A stretch of DNA of 64,000 nt, taken from positions 3,534,001-3,598,000 of the forward strand of contig NW_027362946.1 of assembly GCF_046119375.1 (NCBI RefSeq), given 5' to 3'. This document shows positions 11,116-23,600 of this stretch, in pieces. Numbering within the stretch: the first letter of the stretch is position 1; the number at the start of each line of letters is the position of its first letter. The translations under genes and the position numbers were made by a program. The DNA is from Phyllobates terribilis (Eukaryota). Below the pieces are notes generated by a model. It was not told the origin of the DNA and did not search any database. It saw only the letters and a list, made by a program, of their open reading frames with translations.

Positions 11116-13751
11116 TGTGATGGACTTTGTAGTTCCCTTCACCAAGCTTCTCTACCACCTCATAGGGGTCTTACCATTTGGCCAAAAACTCTCCACTGTG
11201 GGAATTAGTACAAGGACTCTGTCCCCGGGGCTGAACTGCCTCACCCTGGCTGACCAGTTGTAGACCCTAGATTGAGCCCCTTGTGCCTGGAGGAAATGTC
11301 CTTTTATGACGGGCATCACCTTCGCAATCAACTCCTACATTTTAGTGACATCCTCAATGATGCTCCGATTGGGGCGTAACCTCGGCTTCCCAGGAATCCT
11401 TCGCTATATCAAGGAGACCCATTGCATGTCGACCATATAGAAGTTCAAATGGAGAGAATCCGGTTGAGGCTTGTGGAACCTCCCGGATAGAAAACAACAG
11501 ATACGGGAGGAGACAGTCCCAGTCTTGACCGTCCTTCTATATGACCTATTTAAGCATACTCTTCAATGTTTTATTTAACCTTTCCACAAGGCCATCCATC
11601 TGGGATGGTACATGGATGTCTTCAGTTGTGTAATTTGTAGGGCCTTACACAGTTCCCTCATCACCTTACTCATAAAGGCTTTTCCTTGGTCGGTAAGTAT
11701 CTCCCCCGTTAATCCGGTCCAGGAAAAAATGTGTACCAACTCGTGTGCTTTACTTACCACAGAGGAGTTTCTCAGTGGAACTGCTTCAGGGCACCACGTA
11801 GCATAGTCAAGGATGAACAATATGTATTGATGCCCACAAGCAGATTTAACCAGGTGATGGACCCAGTCCATGGCAATTCGTTCAAACGGCACTTCTATGA
11901 TGGGTAATGGTACGAGGGGACGTCGAAAGTGAGAGGAGGGGTGATTATCTGGCAGGTGGGACAGGACCTGCAATACTTTAAGATTTCCTGGTGATATCCA
12001 GGCCAATAGAACCTCCGCACAACCACTTATCCACTTTTATCCACATCCAAATGGTCAAGACATGTAAATGGACCATGTCCATCATCCTTCATCTACATGG
12101 TCAGGGTACCAACAATTGCTCCACTATTTCCTCTCTGACCTTAATAACGCTGTACAATAACTCCCCACTCAACATAAAATAGGGAAACCTGGTGTCAGCC
12201 CCTGGCTCTTGCGCTATACTGTTTAAGACAGTTACATTATGTAATGTCTCCTTTAGCATTAGCTCCCTATCACGGGCGGACCTAACATTTTCACCGGTCA
12301 CCCCTACATCAGGTATGTTGGCCCCAAGGGACACTACCTTGTCATCCCCCACAAGGACACAGAAGGGAAACCCGTCAGACTCTGAGTGTGGTAACAGTTC
12401 TTTAGGGGTGACCCGTCTCTTAATCGAGCACTGTCGCCCTCCTCCAAAAGTCCCAAAACAAACAAAAGTCCTGGCCTATAATAATGGGGTGCAGTAAGTC
12501 CTAGACCACGCCAATCTCGTGGGACTCAGTACCTTGGCCCATTCCAATGTCCACTCTGGCCACTGGATAGCCTTTAGCATCCTCGTGAAAGCAATTGACG
12601 TCAACCTTCTTTCCAGGGATCAGCTGGAGAGGAAATGTGGCCCTCACTAGGGTCAACAAACTTTCTAAGACTAGCAGTCCAGTCACTTGCTGACCATTCC
12701 CCATTACGGGACAAGCTTGTGGCCCCTTATTGCATGGAAAGATCGCACTGCAAACTGGATACACATAGTATGAACAGTGGCAACCCAGGCTACAGTCCAT
12801 CTGCTCGGAAGTCAGGGGACAATGCGGTGCTATATGGCCTGGGCCGTGATATTTCCAGCATATGTTGACAGCTGGAACCTTTGGTATAACCTCCCCTGAG
12901 CCTTTTGATCTTGGACGACCCACCCCTTTTTGGGTGTCCCCAAGGAACCATCGACCCCGTGATATCTTTCGAACAGTCTGACCAGGTCATCCGTATTCCG
13001 GGGATCCCCCTGGGCAACCCAAGTCTGTATTGGCCTCGGAAAGGAGTGCACAAACCGGTACATTACCACTCGCTCTACCATCTGCACAGGGGTAGAGGTC
13101 TTTGCCTGCAACCATTTTTGAACGTGGTTCAGCAAATCAAACATTTGGTAGGGAGGGGGTTTGTCACAGTGATATGCCAAGCGGTGGACACGTTGTACCC
13201 TGACAGTCATTGTCACTCCTAAGCGCATCTTTTAAGGCTAAGTCAGAGTAGGCCTTCTGGAGCTCCCCCGTTAAGTATGGCATCAGCACATTGCCCTGGT
13301 GAGAGTTTCTCCCTCTCGTCGAATCTTTCAAAAATGGCCTCTGTGTCGTCACCCTTGGTCATTTTCTGCAGGGCTCTCCTTACTGCCTTCTGGATGGAGA
13401 CATCATCAGCTGACGTTGGAGTCGAATCTACCGCCATGCCACGAACCTCTGTCGCATAAGCAGCTTATTTGGCTCCTGTTGCGCCAGCTGTTGTCGGTTC
13501 TGCTGCTACAGCTGGGCTTGTACCAGGTGTTTCACTAGGTTCTCCATGCTATCTGATGTTATTTGCTGGCTTATGGCTGCCTTCGTCCAGGGCATGCAGT
13601 ACCTCTGTAGCAGTCACACGTGTTCCCTGGGAACTCTGCCCGTATTTCTAACACCCATTGTGGGAATGCTACTCACTTGGGTGCGTGGTGAGGTAACACG
13701 GGAACCGTTTCCATTTATATGTCCTTGCTGGGTTATTGGTTCTTCATAAAC

Positions 13752-15299
13752 CGATGCGGCACATAGACCCCGTAATGATCGCGGCTCTCTCCAGCAGCCG
13801 CCGATATCAGCGCTGTATTGCAGTGTATTGCCGTGCAGAGACCGTCTATCTGCACAGCAATATCAGTGCCAGCCACCGGCCTATCAGAGGCCAGCAGCTG
13901 ACCTCTGCGTCCCAGCGCGGCGACGTGTGACGTCACTGCCATGTACAGATGTCAGCTGCTGGCCTCTGATAGGTCGGTGGCTGGCACTGGTATTGCTGTG
14001 CAGAGAGCCGGTCTCTGCGCGGCAATACACTGCACTACAGCGCTGATATTGGCGGCTGCTGGAGAAAGCCGCGATCGTTACGGGGTCTGTGCCTGCGGGC
14101 CACAGGTGCAGAAAGGACGCCGAGGGAACGGAGGACAGGTGAGAATATATATATATTTTTTTCTCTGTCATGTCAAATACAGCACAGGGGACCTGTGCTC
14201 AGTATAGGGAGGGGAGCACCGTGTGCAGTATGGGGGGACGGGGACCCTGAGCGCAGTATAGGGGGACGGGGACCATGAGCGCAGTATGGGGGGGGACCCT
14301 GAGTGCAGTATGGGGGGACGGGGACCATGAGCGCTGTATGGCGGGGGACGGGGACCCTGAGCGCAGTATGGGGGGGGACGAGGATCCTGAGCGCTGTATG
14401 GGGTGGGCTGGGACCCTGAGCGCTGTATGGGGGGGGGCGGGGACCCTGAGTGCAGTATGGGGGGATGGGGACCCTGAGTGCAATATGGGGGGACGGGGAC
14501 CCTGTGCGCAGTATGGGGGGGGGCGGCCATGTGCGCAGTATGGGGGGGACACCTGGATGGGGGACATGTCTGCAACATGGGGACCTGGATGGGGGACATG
14601 TCTGCAACATAAGGACCAGGATGGGGGACCATGTCTGTAATATGGGGGACCATGTCTGCAATATGGGGGACCTGGATGGGGGACCATGTCTGCAATATGG
14701 GGGGACCTGGATGGGGGACCATGTCTGCAATATGAAGGCCATGTCTGCGATATGGGGGACCTGGATGGGGGACCATGTCTGCAATATGGGGACCATGTCT
14801 GCAATATGAAGGCCATGTCTGCAATATGGGGGACCTGGATGGGGGACCATGTCGGCAATATGGGGGACCATGTCTGCAATATGGAGGACCTGGATGGGAG
14901 ACCATGTCTGCTGGATGGGGGACCTGGATGGGGGACCATGTCTGCAATATGAAGGCCACGTCTGCAATATGGGGGACCATGTTGGCAATATGGAGGACCT
15001 GGATGGGAGACCATGTCTGCTGGATGGGGGACCTGGATGGGGGACCATGTCTGCAATATGGGGGACCTGGAGGGGAGACCATGTCTGCAATATGGCGGAC
15101 CTGGAGGGGAGACCATGTCTGCAATATGGGGGACCTGGAGGGGAGACCATGTCTGCAAGATGAGGACCAGTTCAAAAGGTGTATAGAAAATAAAATGGTA
15201 TCACTAAAAATGTCACTTTGTCATGCAAATAATGCGGCCCCCCAAATTAAATGTTTTTCCATGTGCGGCCCATATGCCCAGCTGAGTTTGAGACCCCTG
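13752..15299. mobile_element. Non-autonomous hAT (Charlie-like) element, left TIR deleted in copy A
   Basis: Right end gtttgagacccctg followed by gtctagga. The intact counterpart is 47160-48783. Contains an internal inverted repeat (about 13775-14080) and minisatellites. Confidence 0.75.
14225..15160. repeat. Two adjacent G-rich minisatellites (about 27-bp gggggacggggaccctgagcgcagtat; about 32-bp ggggacctggatgggggaccatgtctgcaatat)
   Basis: Tandem units read directly; a shorter version is at 47665-48645. Confidence 0.9.
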
Positions 15300-15549
15300 G
15301 TCTAGGACAACCACCTCTGTGATATATACCTCCCATCAACTGTGTGTCCGAAAGCCACCTTACATCATCTTAGACCGAACAAGGAGTTAATGGCTGAAAT
15401 ACATACAAACATGTATACAGCCATAGTGAAGTAAGTGAAGGTGCATAGAAACTGACAGCTTCCTTCATGCACATACACTCCCATCATCATTCATCTTAGT
15501 GACGCAGAACTCGCTCTATTCAGAGGGTGCAGATAGATAAATAGGGATA

Positions 15550-17230
15550 CTCCTCTCCGTACACCTCGTACACACGTGGCCCCGCTCCGTACACCTCGTA
15601 CACACGCGGCTCCGCTCCGTACACCTCGCACACACGCGGCTCCGCTCCGCACACCTCGTACACACGCGGCTCCGCTCCGTACACCTCGTACACACGCGGC
15701 TCCGCTCCGAACATCTCGCACACACGCGGCTCTGCTTCGTACGCCTCGTACACACGCGGCTTTGCTCCGTACGCCTCGTACACACGCAGCTCTGCTCCGT
15801 ACGCCTCGTACACACGTGGCCCCGCTGCGTACACCTCGTGCACACGCGGCTCCGCTCTGTACGCCTCGCACACACGCAGCTCCGCTCTGTACGCCTCGCA
15901 CACACGCGGCTCCGCTCCGTACGCCTCGTACACACGCGGCTTTGCTCTGTACGCCTCGTACACACGCGGCTCTGCTCCGTACACCTCGTACACACGTGGC
16001 CCCGCTCCGTACGCCTCGTACACGCGCGGCTCCGCTCCGTACGCCTCGCACACGCGCGGCTCCGCTCCGTACGGCTCGTACACGCGTGGCTCCGCTCCGT
16101 ACGGCTCGTACACACGCGGCTCTGCTCCGTACACCTCGTACACACACGGCTCTGCTCCGTACACCTCGTACACGTGCGGTTCCGCTCCGTACACAAGCGG
16201 CTCCGCTCCGTACGCCTCGCACACACGCGGCTCCGCTCCGTACGCCTCGCACACATGCGGCTTTGCTCCGTACGCCTCGTACACGCGCGGCTCCACTCCG
16301 TACACCTCGTACACAAGCGGCTCCGCTCCGTACGCCTCGCACACACGCGGCTCCGCTCCGTACGCCTCGCACACATGCGGCTTTGCTCCGTACGCCTCGT
16401 ACACGCGCGGCTCCGCTACGTACACCTCGTACACACGCGGCTCCGCTCCGTACACCTCGTACACACGCGGCTCAGCGCCGTACACCTCGTACACACACGG
16501 CTCTGCTCCGTACACCTCGTACACGTGCGGTTCCGCTCCGTACACCTCGTACACACACGGCTCTGCTCCGTACACCTCGTACACACGCGGCTCCGCTCCG
16601 TACACCTCGTACACGCGCGGCTCTGCTCCGTACACCTCGTACACACTCGGCTCCGCTCCGTACACCTCGTACACACGCGGCTCTGCTCCGTACACCTCGT
16701 ACACACACGGCTCTGCTCCGTACACCTCGTACACACGCGGCTCCGCTCCGTACGCCTCGTACACACTCGGCTCCGCTCCGTACACCTCGTACACACGCGG
16801 CTCTGCTCCGTACACCTCGTACACACACGGCTCTGCTCCGTACACCTCGTACACACGCGGCTCTGCTCCGTACACCTCGTACACACGCGGCTCTGCTCCG
16901 TACACCTCGTACACACGTGGCTCCGCTCCGTACACCTCGTACACACGCGGCTCTGCTCCGTACACCTCGCACACACACGGCTCTGCTCCGTACACCTCGT
17001 ACACACACGGCTCTGCTCCGTACACCTCGTACACGCGCAGCTCCGCTCCGTACACCTCGTACACACGCGGCTCTGCTCCGTACACCTCGTACACACGCGG
17101 CTCTGCTCCGTACACCTCGTACACGCACGGCTCTGCTCCGTACACCTCGTACACACGCGGCTCTGCTCCGTACACCTCGTACACACGCGGCTCTGCTCCG
17201 TACACCTCGTACACACACGGCTCTGCTACA
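15550..17230. repeat. 30-bp CpG-rich minisatellite, about 56 units (acacctcgtacacacgcggctccgctccgt)
   Basis: 30-bp periodicity is visible in line-to-line registration of the sequence. Confidence 0.97.
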
Positions 17231-17405
17231 TCCACACTGTAAACCCCTCCTGACCCCACACATAAACTTCAGCTCATCCAGCACCATGACAACCAGCACA
17301 GCAGAGTCCTGCATCCACTGAGGCCCCTGATCATGTGACCCCTGACTCCTCCCCTCCTGTGACCTCATCACAGCTCCTGGGCGCACAGAGCAGCCATCTT
17401 CCTTC
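17222..17405. promoter_or_regulatory. Conserved about 180-bp module upstream of zinc-finger gene A2 (putative promoter)
   Basis: Near-identical copies at 31340-31520 and 49202-49385, each following the 30-bp array and preceding a ZNF gene. Contains YY1-like gcagccatcttcc, E-box-like catgtgac and a ctcctcccctcc box. Function is inferred. Confidence 0.5.
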
Positions 17406-17574
17406 CATTTAGGATCCTGTAGATTCAGTCGTTCTCATCATTATCTTCCATCTTCTAGAAAATTTACCTTACACCTTAGTGGATGGAGAAGGAGAAGAAG
17501 AAGATGGCGGAGAGGATATTCCACCTCACCCTAGAGATCCTCTTCCGGCTTACTGGAGAGGTGAGAGATTCTGA

Positions 17575-19929
17575 CAGGGGCGGACACAGACTGTAGTGGG
17601 CCCCTGTGCAAGAAATTTTTGGGGGCCCCCCTGCCCTTCATAAGGTAACAAAGTTATGTAAACATAACCCCCCCATGTGCAGCTCTCACCCCCCCTCACG
17701 TGTGCAGCTCTCACCCCCCCTCACGTGTGCAGCTCTCACCCCCCCTCACGTGTGCAGCTCTCACCCCCCCTCACGTGTGCAGCTCTCACCCCCCCTCACG
17801 TGTGCAGCTCTCACCCCCCCTCACGTGTGCAGCTCTCACCCCCCCTCACGTGTGCAGCTCTCACCCCCCCTCACGTGTGCAGCTCTCACCCCCCCCTCAC
17901 GTGTGCAGCTCTCACCCCCCCTCACGTGTGCAGCTCTCACCCCCCCTCACGTGTGCAGCTCTCACCCCCCCCTCATTTGTGCAGCTCTCACCCCCCCTCA
18001 CGTGTGCAGCTCTCACCCCCCCTCACGTGGGCAGCTCTCGCCCCCCCCTCACGTGGGCAGCTCTCGCCCCCCCTCACGTGGGCAGCTCTCGCCCCCCCCT
18101 CACGTGGGCAGCTCTCGCCCCCCCCTCACGTGGGCAGCTCTCGCCCCCCCCTCACGTGGGCAGCTCTCGCCCCCCCCTCACGTGGGCAGCTCTCGCCCCC
18201 CCCTCACGTGGGCAGCTCTCGCCCCCCCCTCACGTGGGCAGCTCTCGCCCCCCCCTCACGTGGGCAGCTCTCGCCCCCCCCTCACGTGGGCAGCTCTCGC
18301 CCCCCCCTCACGTGGGCAGCTCTCGCCCCCCCCTCACGTGGGCAGCTCTCGCCCCCCCCTCACGTGGGCAGCTCTCGCCCCCCCCTCACGTGGGCAGCTC
18401 TCGCCCCCCCCTCACGTGGGCAGCTCTCGCCCCCCCCTCACGTGGGCAGCTCTCGCCCCCCCCTCACGTGGGCAGCTCTCGCCCCCCCCTCACGTGGGCA
18501 GCTCTCGCCCCCCCCTCACGTGGGCAGCTCTCGCCCCCCCCTCACGTGGGCAGCTCTCGCCCCCCCCTCACGTGGGCAGCTCTCGCCCCCCCCTCACGTG
18601 GGCAGCTCTCGCCCCCCCCTCACGTGGGCAGCTCTCGCCCCCCCCTCACGTGGGCAGCTCTCGCCCCCCCCTCACGTGGGCAGCTCTCGCCCCCCCCTCA
18701 CGTGGGCAGCTCTCGCCCCCCCCTCACGTGGGCAGCTCTCGCCCCCCCCTCACGTGGGCAGCTCTCGCCCCCCCCTCACGTGGGCAGCTCTCGCCCCCCC
18801 CCTCACGTGGGCAGCTCTCGCCCCCCCCTCACGTGGGCAGCTCTCGCCCCCCCCTCACGTGGGCAGCTCTCGCCCCCCCCCTCACGTGGGCAGCTCTCGC
18901 CCCCCCCTCACGTGGGCAGCTCTCGCCCCCCCCCTCACGTGGGCAGCTCTCGCCCCCCCCCTCACGTGGGCAGCTCTCGCCCCCCCCCTCACGTGGGCAG
19001 CTCTCGCCCCCCCCCTCACGTGGGCAGCTCTCGCCCCCCCCTCACGTGGGCAGCTCTCGCCCCCCCCTCACGTGGGCAGCTCTCGCCCCCCCCCTCACGT
19101 GGGCAGCTCTCGCCCCCCCCCTCACGTGGGCAGCTCTCGCCCCCCCCCTCACGTGGGCAGCTCTCGCCCCCCCCTCACGTGGGCAGCTCTCGCCCCCCCC
19201 TCACGTGGGCAGCTCTCGCCCCCCCCCTCACGTGGGCAGCTCTCGCCCCCCCCCTCACGTGGGCAGCTCTCGCCCCCCCCTCACGTGGGCAGCTCTCGCC
19301 CCCCCCCTCACGTGGGCAGCTCTCGCCCCCCCCCTCACGTGGGCAGCTCTCGCCCCCCCCCTCACGTGGGCAGCTCTCGCCCCCCCCCTCACGTGGGCAG
19401 CTCTCGCCCCCCCCCTCACGTGGGCAGCTCTCGCCCCCCCCCTCACGTGGGCAGCTCTCGCCCCCCCCCCCACGTGGGCAGCTCTCACCCCCCCCCCCAC
19501 GTGGGCAGCTCTCATCTCCCCCCACTCCTAGTTAATTGTATTTTAAAAAAAAATAAAACTTGTTATACTTACCCCCATGCGATCCTTGCAGAATCCTGGC
19601 GCTCGTCCAAATCGCTGACACCAGGTTCTCCTGACTTCCGGCCATGTGACGGCGCCTTCACATGACCGGAAGTCAGGGGAATCATGAAGGCGCAGCAGCG
19701 CAGCGCTCATATGTCCCGGACCCGGCGCTTAGCATGGGGCTGGGGGCCCCATGAGAGAGATGCACAAGAGGGGGGCCCCCCAACGGGGCTCCGAGGGGGC
19801 CCCTACCAGCTGGGCCCCATACTGGAGTCAGGGCAGTCATGCCCTGATGGCGGCCCTGCTGGAGGGGCCCCCTCTCCCTCGGGGCCCCCGTTCAATGAAC
19901 GGGCTGCACGGGCAGTAGTTCCGCCCCTG
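17575..19929. mobile_element. Non-autonomous hAT element in intron 1 of A2 (absent from copy B)
   Basis: TIRs caggggcgga / tccgcccctg. Perfect 8-bp TSD gattctga at 17567-17574 and 19930-19937. The empty site in copy B is at about 49556-49563. Confidence 0.93.
17672..19520. repeat. 25-27-bp minisatellite, about 70 units (C7-9-tcacgtgggcagctctcg)
   Basis: Tandem units read directly; they differ mainly in C-run length. Confidence 0.96.
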
Positions 19930-20699
19930 GATTCTGATGGCGTCACATTACATCATTCTTATCTATGGGAATAACAGATGGATAGAACTGGAGAGTTGAG
20001 GACTCTGGAAATGTCTGTAGTGAGATTTATTAATGTGTCTCTCCATAACCAGGATTACACAGTAGTGAAGAAGACCTCTAGTGGGCGCTGTCAGGACCCT
20101 GTGTCTGAGGGATGGGGAAGACCCCTGAGCCCAATCACGGGGCCTCCACCTCACCCCCTGATACATGAGGACATCAATGACCAGAAGATCCTAGAACTCA
20201 CCTACAAGATGATTGAGCTGCTGACTGGAGAGGTGACACTGCTGGGAATGCTGGGACATTATACAGTAACGCTATGGAGGGATCGGGGGGATGACGGTAT
20301 CATTGTATGTGTCAGGTTCCTATAAGATGTCAGGATGTCGCTGTCTATTTCTCCATGGAGGAGTGGGAGTATTTAGAAGGACACAAAGATCTGTACAAGG
20401 ACATCATGATGGAGGTTCCCCAGCCCCTCACATCACCAGGTAATAGACAGGGCTAAAACCACACGGCCTATAATTATCTGTATGTAAAGAATGAATTCAG
20501 TCCCTGTATGTGTTTCCTCCAGATCTATCCAGTAAGAGGACAACACCAGAGAGATGTCCCCGTCCTCTTCTTCCACAGGACTGTAAACAAGAAGACCCCA
20601 ATGTTCCTCAGGATCATCAGGTAGATGGAGAGAAGGTGTCATGAGATCTCCCCTATGATGTGTAGACGGCTGTGATGGTCTTGTGGTCAGTCTTGTTTT

Positions 20700-23600
20700 T
20701 CCCCTTCTCCCATGACAGCACCACCTGAGAGAGAGGGTATCCACTAATCAAGGACAGGAAACCTACTGAACAAAAGGGTGGTACCTCTCCTTTTCATCAA
20801 TATGGTTTCCGGTCCTTGAAGGAACCTAGAGAGTAAAGTAACGGTACAATTGAACTTACCCAAGTCTGGTTGGTGTCTGCAAGGATCTGGGATGCTGACA
20901 GATCTGGAGACACTACCGCTGGCCAGGACGTTGGGGTGTGCAGTTGCATGACCACTTTGTTGAACGTGGTTGGCGTACCCCGTGTTGAGTGCGCTGGAGT
21001 TATGGCAACCAAGATCTGCGCAAGCGCGAGGCGCACTAGTGGGATATCTAGCGCGCCCTGCTGAGGAAGTGTGCCAGAAAGCAATGCGGCAGTAAAATGC
21101 AGGGGCTGTTTATGAACAGGGCTCGCCGGTATGCTCCCTTCACACCGCTCGCTGGAAGGAAAAGTCTGACCCGGAAATAATGCGAGATTTCTGGGGGGAG
21201 GTCGGCAGCAGACGCTGGAGCTGTGGCGTCCGTCCGGTATATAGTGGACGGTTGACCACCAGATGGTGGAGGCCGGCAGCTTTCCTCTTGATAGCAGAAA
21301 ACTTCGGCACTCCATACATGAATATATAAGAAATACAGTATCTAGACTAATGTCACTTTGAAAAATGAAGGTTCTTTGCGCATAATTTGGCCAATTTATG
21401 TGTGCCCATCAACCGTGACAAGGTCACCTTCGTATGATGGGTAACTATACTACGCTACCACTGGATATGCCACTCTTGGGCTGCAAGCCTGCATGGACAA
21501 TATGTCTCTGCTGGGCTTTTAACCTACAATGTATGGGCTGGTAGAGCTAGTTAAAACCACCTGTGACTGAATGGGAGGGACACATGGTCAGAAAAAAGGC
21601 TATCAAACTTCTAATAGTGTGAACACGTACCTGCTGCAATGCTCCAGGAGCGGGATCCCAAAATTGATTAATAGAAAAGAAAGGGGTCGCTCACTGGTCT
21701 ATTCGGGTGCTCTGAAGAAAAACATAATCTAAATAGCAGAAAACTTCGGCACTCCATACATGAATATATAAGAAATATAGTATCTAGACTAATGTCACTT
21801 TGAAAAATGAAGGTTCTTTGCGCATAATTTGGCCAATTTATGTGTGCCCATCAACTGCGACAAGGTCACCTTCATATGATGGGTAACTATACTACGCTAG
21901 ATTTCCTCTTGATGCCATGGATATGCTGGAGGCGTAGCAGCAGCCACAGCCACCACGGCAGCTGCGTTATCGTCAGAGACGCAGCAGTGACAGCTGTACA
22001 AGTGACAGATTAACCAGAAGAACAAGGCAGTTTGTGAGTCGACCACGTCCAGGGGAGAACGGTCATGTGAACTGATCCAGCCTCCATCTCCGGTACCCTA
22101 GACTGAACGGCAGAGTGGTGAGTGATCTTCGTATATGTTCATCATGTTGAATAGGTCCTTTTCTCTCTGTGTTCTTTGCTAGGAGGGGCCTAAGAGGTGT
22201 AGCGCCAAGCTAAAAGATAAAGAATGTGCGGCGATAACTTACCCAGCACATATATGAAGAGATTCTTGTATTCTGAAGACCACCTCTGAAGAAACCCCCC
22301 AACTTTGCCATGGATTTAAAATCCATAATTAGGATAGAAGTTACAGACTCCATTAATTCACTGATTCAGCAGGAAAGTGGTAAAAGGGAGAAAAGACCCA
22401 AACAGCAGGCCGCTGATTCAGAAGAGTCTGTAATATCTGAGGATAGAGACGAATCGGACTCCTCTTCTTCCTCATCCTCTGATAGTGATACAGGGGGGAG
22501 GCCGTGTTTTCCTACAGAAGACACAGATAAGTTGGTAAAGAACTACTATGGGCATGTCAGATACTAAAACCCCAAGAACAGTCCAGGACATTATGTTTCG
22601 GGGGTTTGGTATAAAAGAAAAATTGCATATTTCCGGTTAGTGAAAGAATTGAAATGCTCATTAATAGGGAATGAAGGAAGCCTGAGAAAAAGGATCCACT
22701 GCCGTCGTCATCCAAAAGGAGGTGTCTGTTTGATGAGGAAGAAGCAGCCATGTGGGACAAAACCCCTAAAATAGACATGGCGGTGGCCAAGTCAACCAAA
22801 AGATCTACCCTGCCCTTTGAAGATCCTCTTGATAAAAAAGTGGATGTGTATCTGAAGCAGATATGGAAGTCTTCAGAAGGGGCAATAAAACCAGCAGTTT
22901 GGGCAACCTGCATGGCCAGATCCATGATGATTTGGTTACAGCAGTTAGAGGATAAGCTTAAGAACAACGTCCCTAAGGATATAATTCAAGGAGCAGCTAC
23001 TTTCCTCGCAAACGCCTCGACAGACTCAGTGATGTTTGCAAACAGATCGGCAAACCTATAAAAAGCTGCACTTAGAGCACTATGGCTCAAGAGCTGGCCG
23101 GGAGATGTTCAGTCCAAGGTCAAGCTATGCCCAATTCCATGCGAAGGAGAATTTCTCTTTGGACGGGTACTAGATGATATACTGGACTAGGCAGGAGATA
23201 AGAGAATTTCCCGGAGGTGCCAGTGCAGGAGCAGGGGAAGGGATTCTATTCCCCCTGTTCCTAATAAAAAAAAAACAGATGGCACCTTCAGGACCATAGT
23301 GAACTTGAAAGAAAGGGGTGAACAAATTTCTAGTCTACTGGCCCTTCAAAATGGAGACCATAAAATGCTATTTCCAGAGTGTTTTATATGAGATTGCTAG
23401 ATGTGAAGGATGCCTATGAACACATCCCAATCTATATGGAAGAACAGAAATTCTTGAGGGTGGCCTTGTATATAAACGAACAAGTCGGGCACTTCTAGTA
23501 CAGAGCGCTACCCTTTGGCCTATCTATGGCTCTGAGGGTATTTACAAAAATTATATAGAAGTCGCAGTGCATCTCCGGTAGCAGAATACCCTAATAAATC

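Larger units (their letters stand above)
7915..13751 (-). mobile_element. Degenerate Gmr1-like Gypsy LTR retrotransposon (gag-PR-INT-RT order), with nested insertions
   Basis: Minus-strand order: gag with SCAN-like segment (about 13440-12830), CCHC-like knuckle and protease (about 12850-12500), integrase (12006-11116), RT N-terminus ([20 protein letters not shown], about 9900-9597) and RT continuation (DLTKKYWQIP, 8235-7973). Degenerate PBS near 13638-13657. Confidence 0.85.
17483..20620 (+). pseudogene. KRAB-like zinc-finger gene A2, 3'-truncated. Exons 17483-17560, 20053-20232, 20316-20439, 20523-20620
   Basis: Four open GT-AG exons homologous to exons 1-4 of B2. Homology stops at the DIRS junction (about 20700), and no exon 5 or finger exon is seen before the next gene. 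Confidence 0.85.
1..20699 (+). repeat. Segmental duplication, copy A (left end runs off the window)
   Basis: Position 1 (gaagtccttcatcttcac) matches 33975. Collinear near-identity continues to the gtttt at 20695-20699 (= 50321-50325), apart from indels and copy-specific insertions. Confidence 0.97.

Noticed and set aside
14168-19665. Long ORFs of 270-660 aa (e.g. 15520-17259, 15576-17321, 17606-19665, also 30267-31721)
   Set aside because: They are translations of stop-free minisatellites, open in several frames and on both strands, with no domain content.
21700-21760. Possible hammerhead ribozyme core (ctgaaga...gaaa); also a similar motif near 28480-28510 on the minus strand
   Set aside because: I could not build convincing stems by eye; it needs a covariance-model search.
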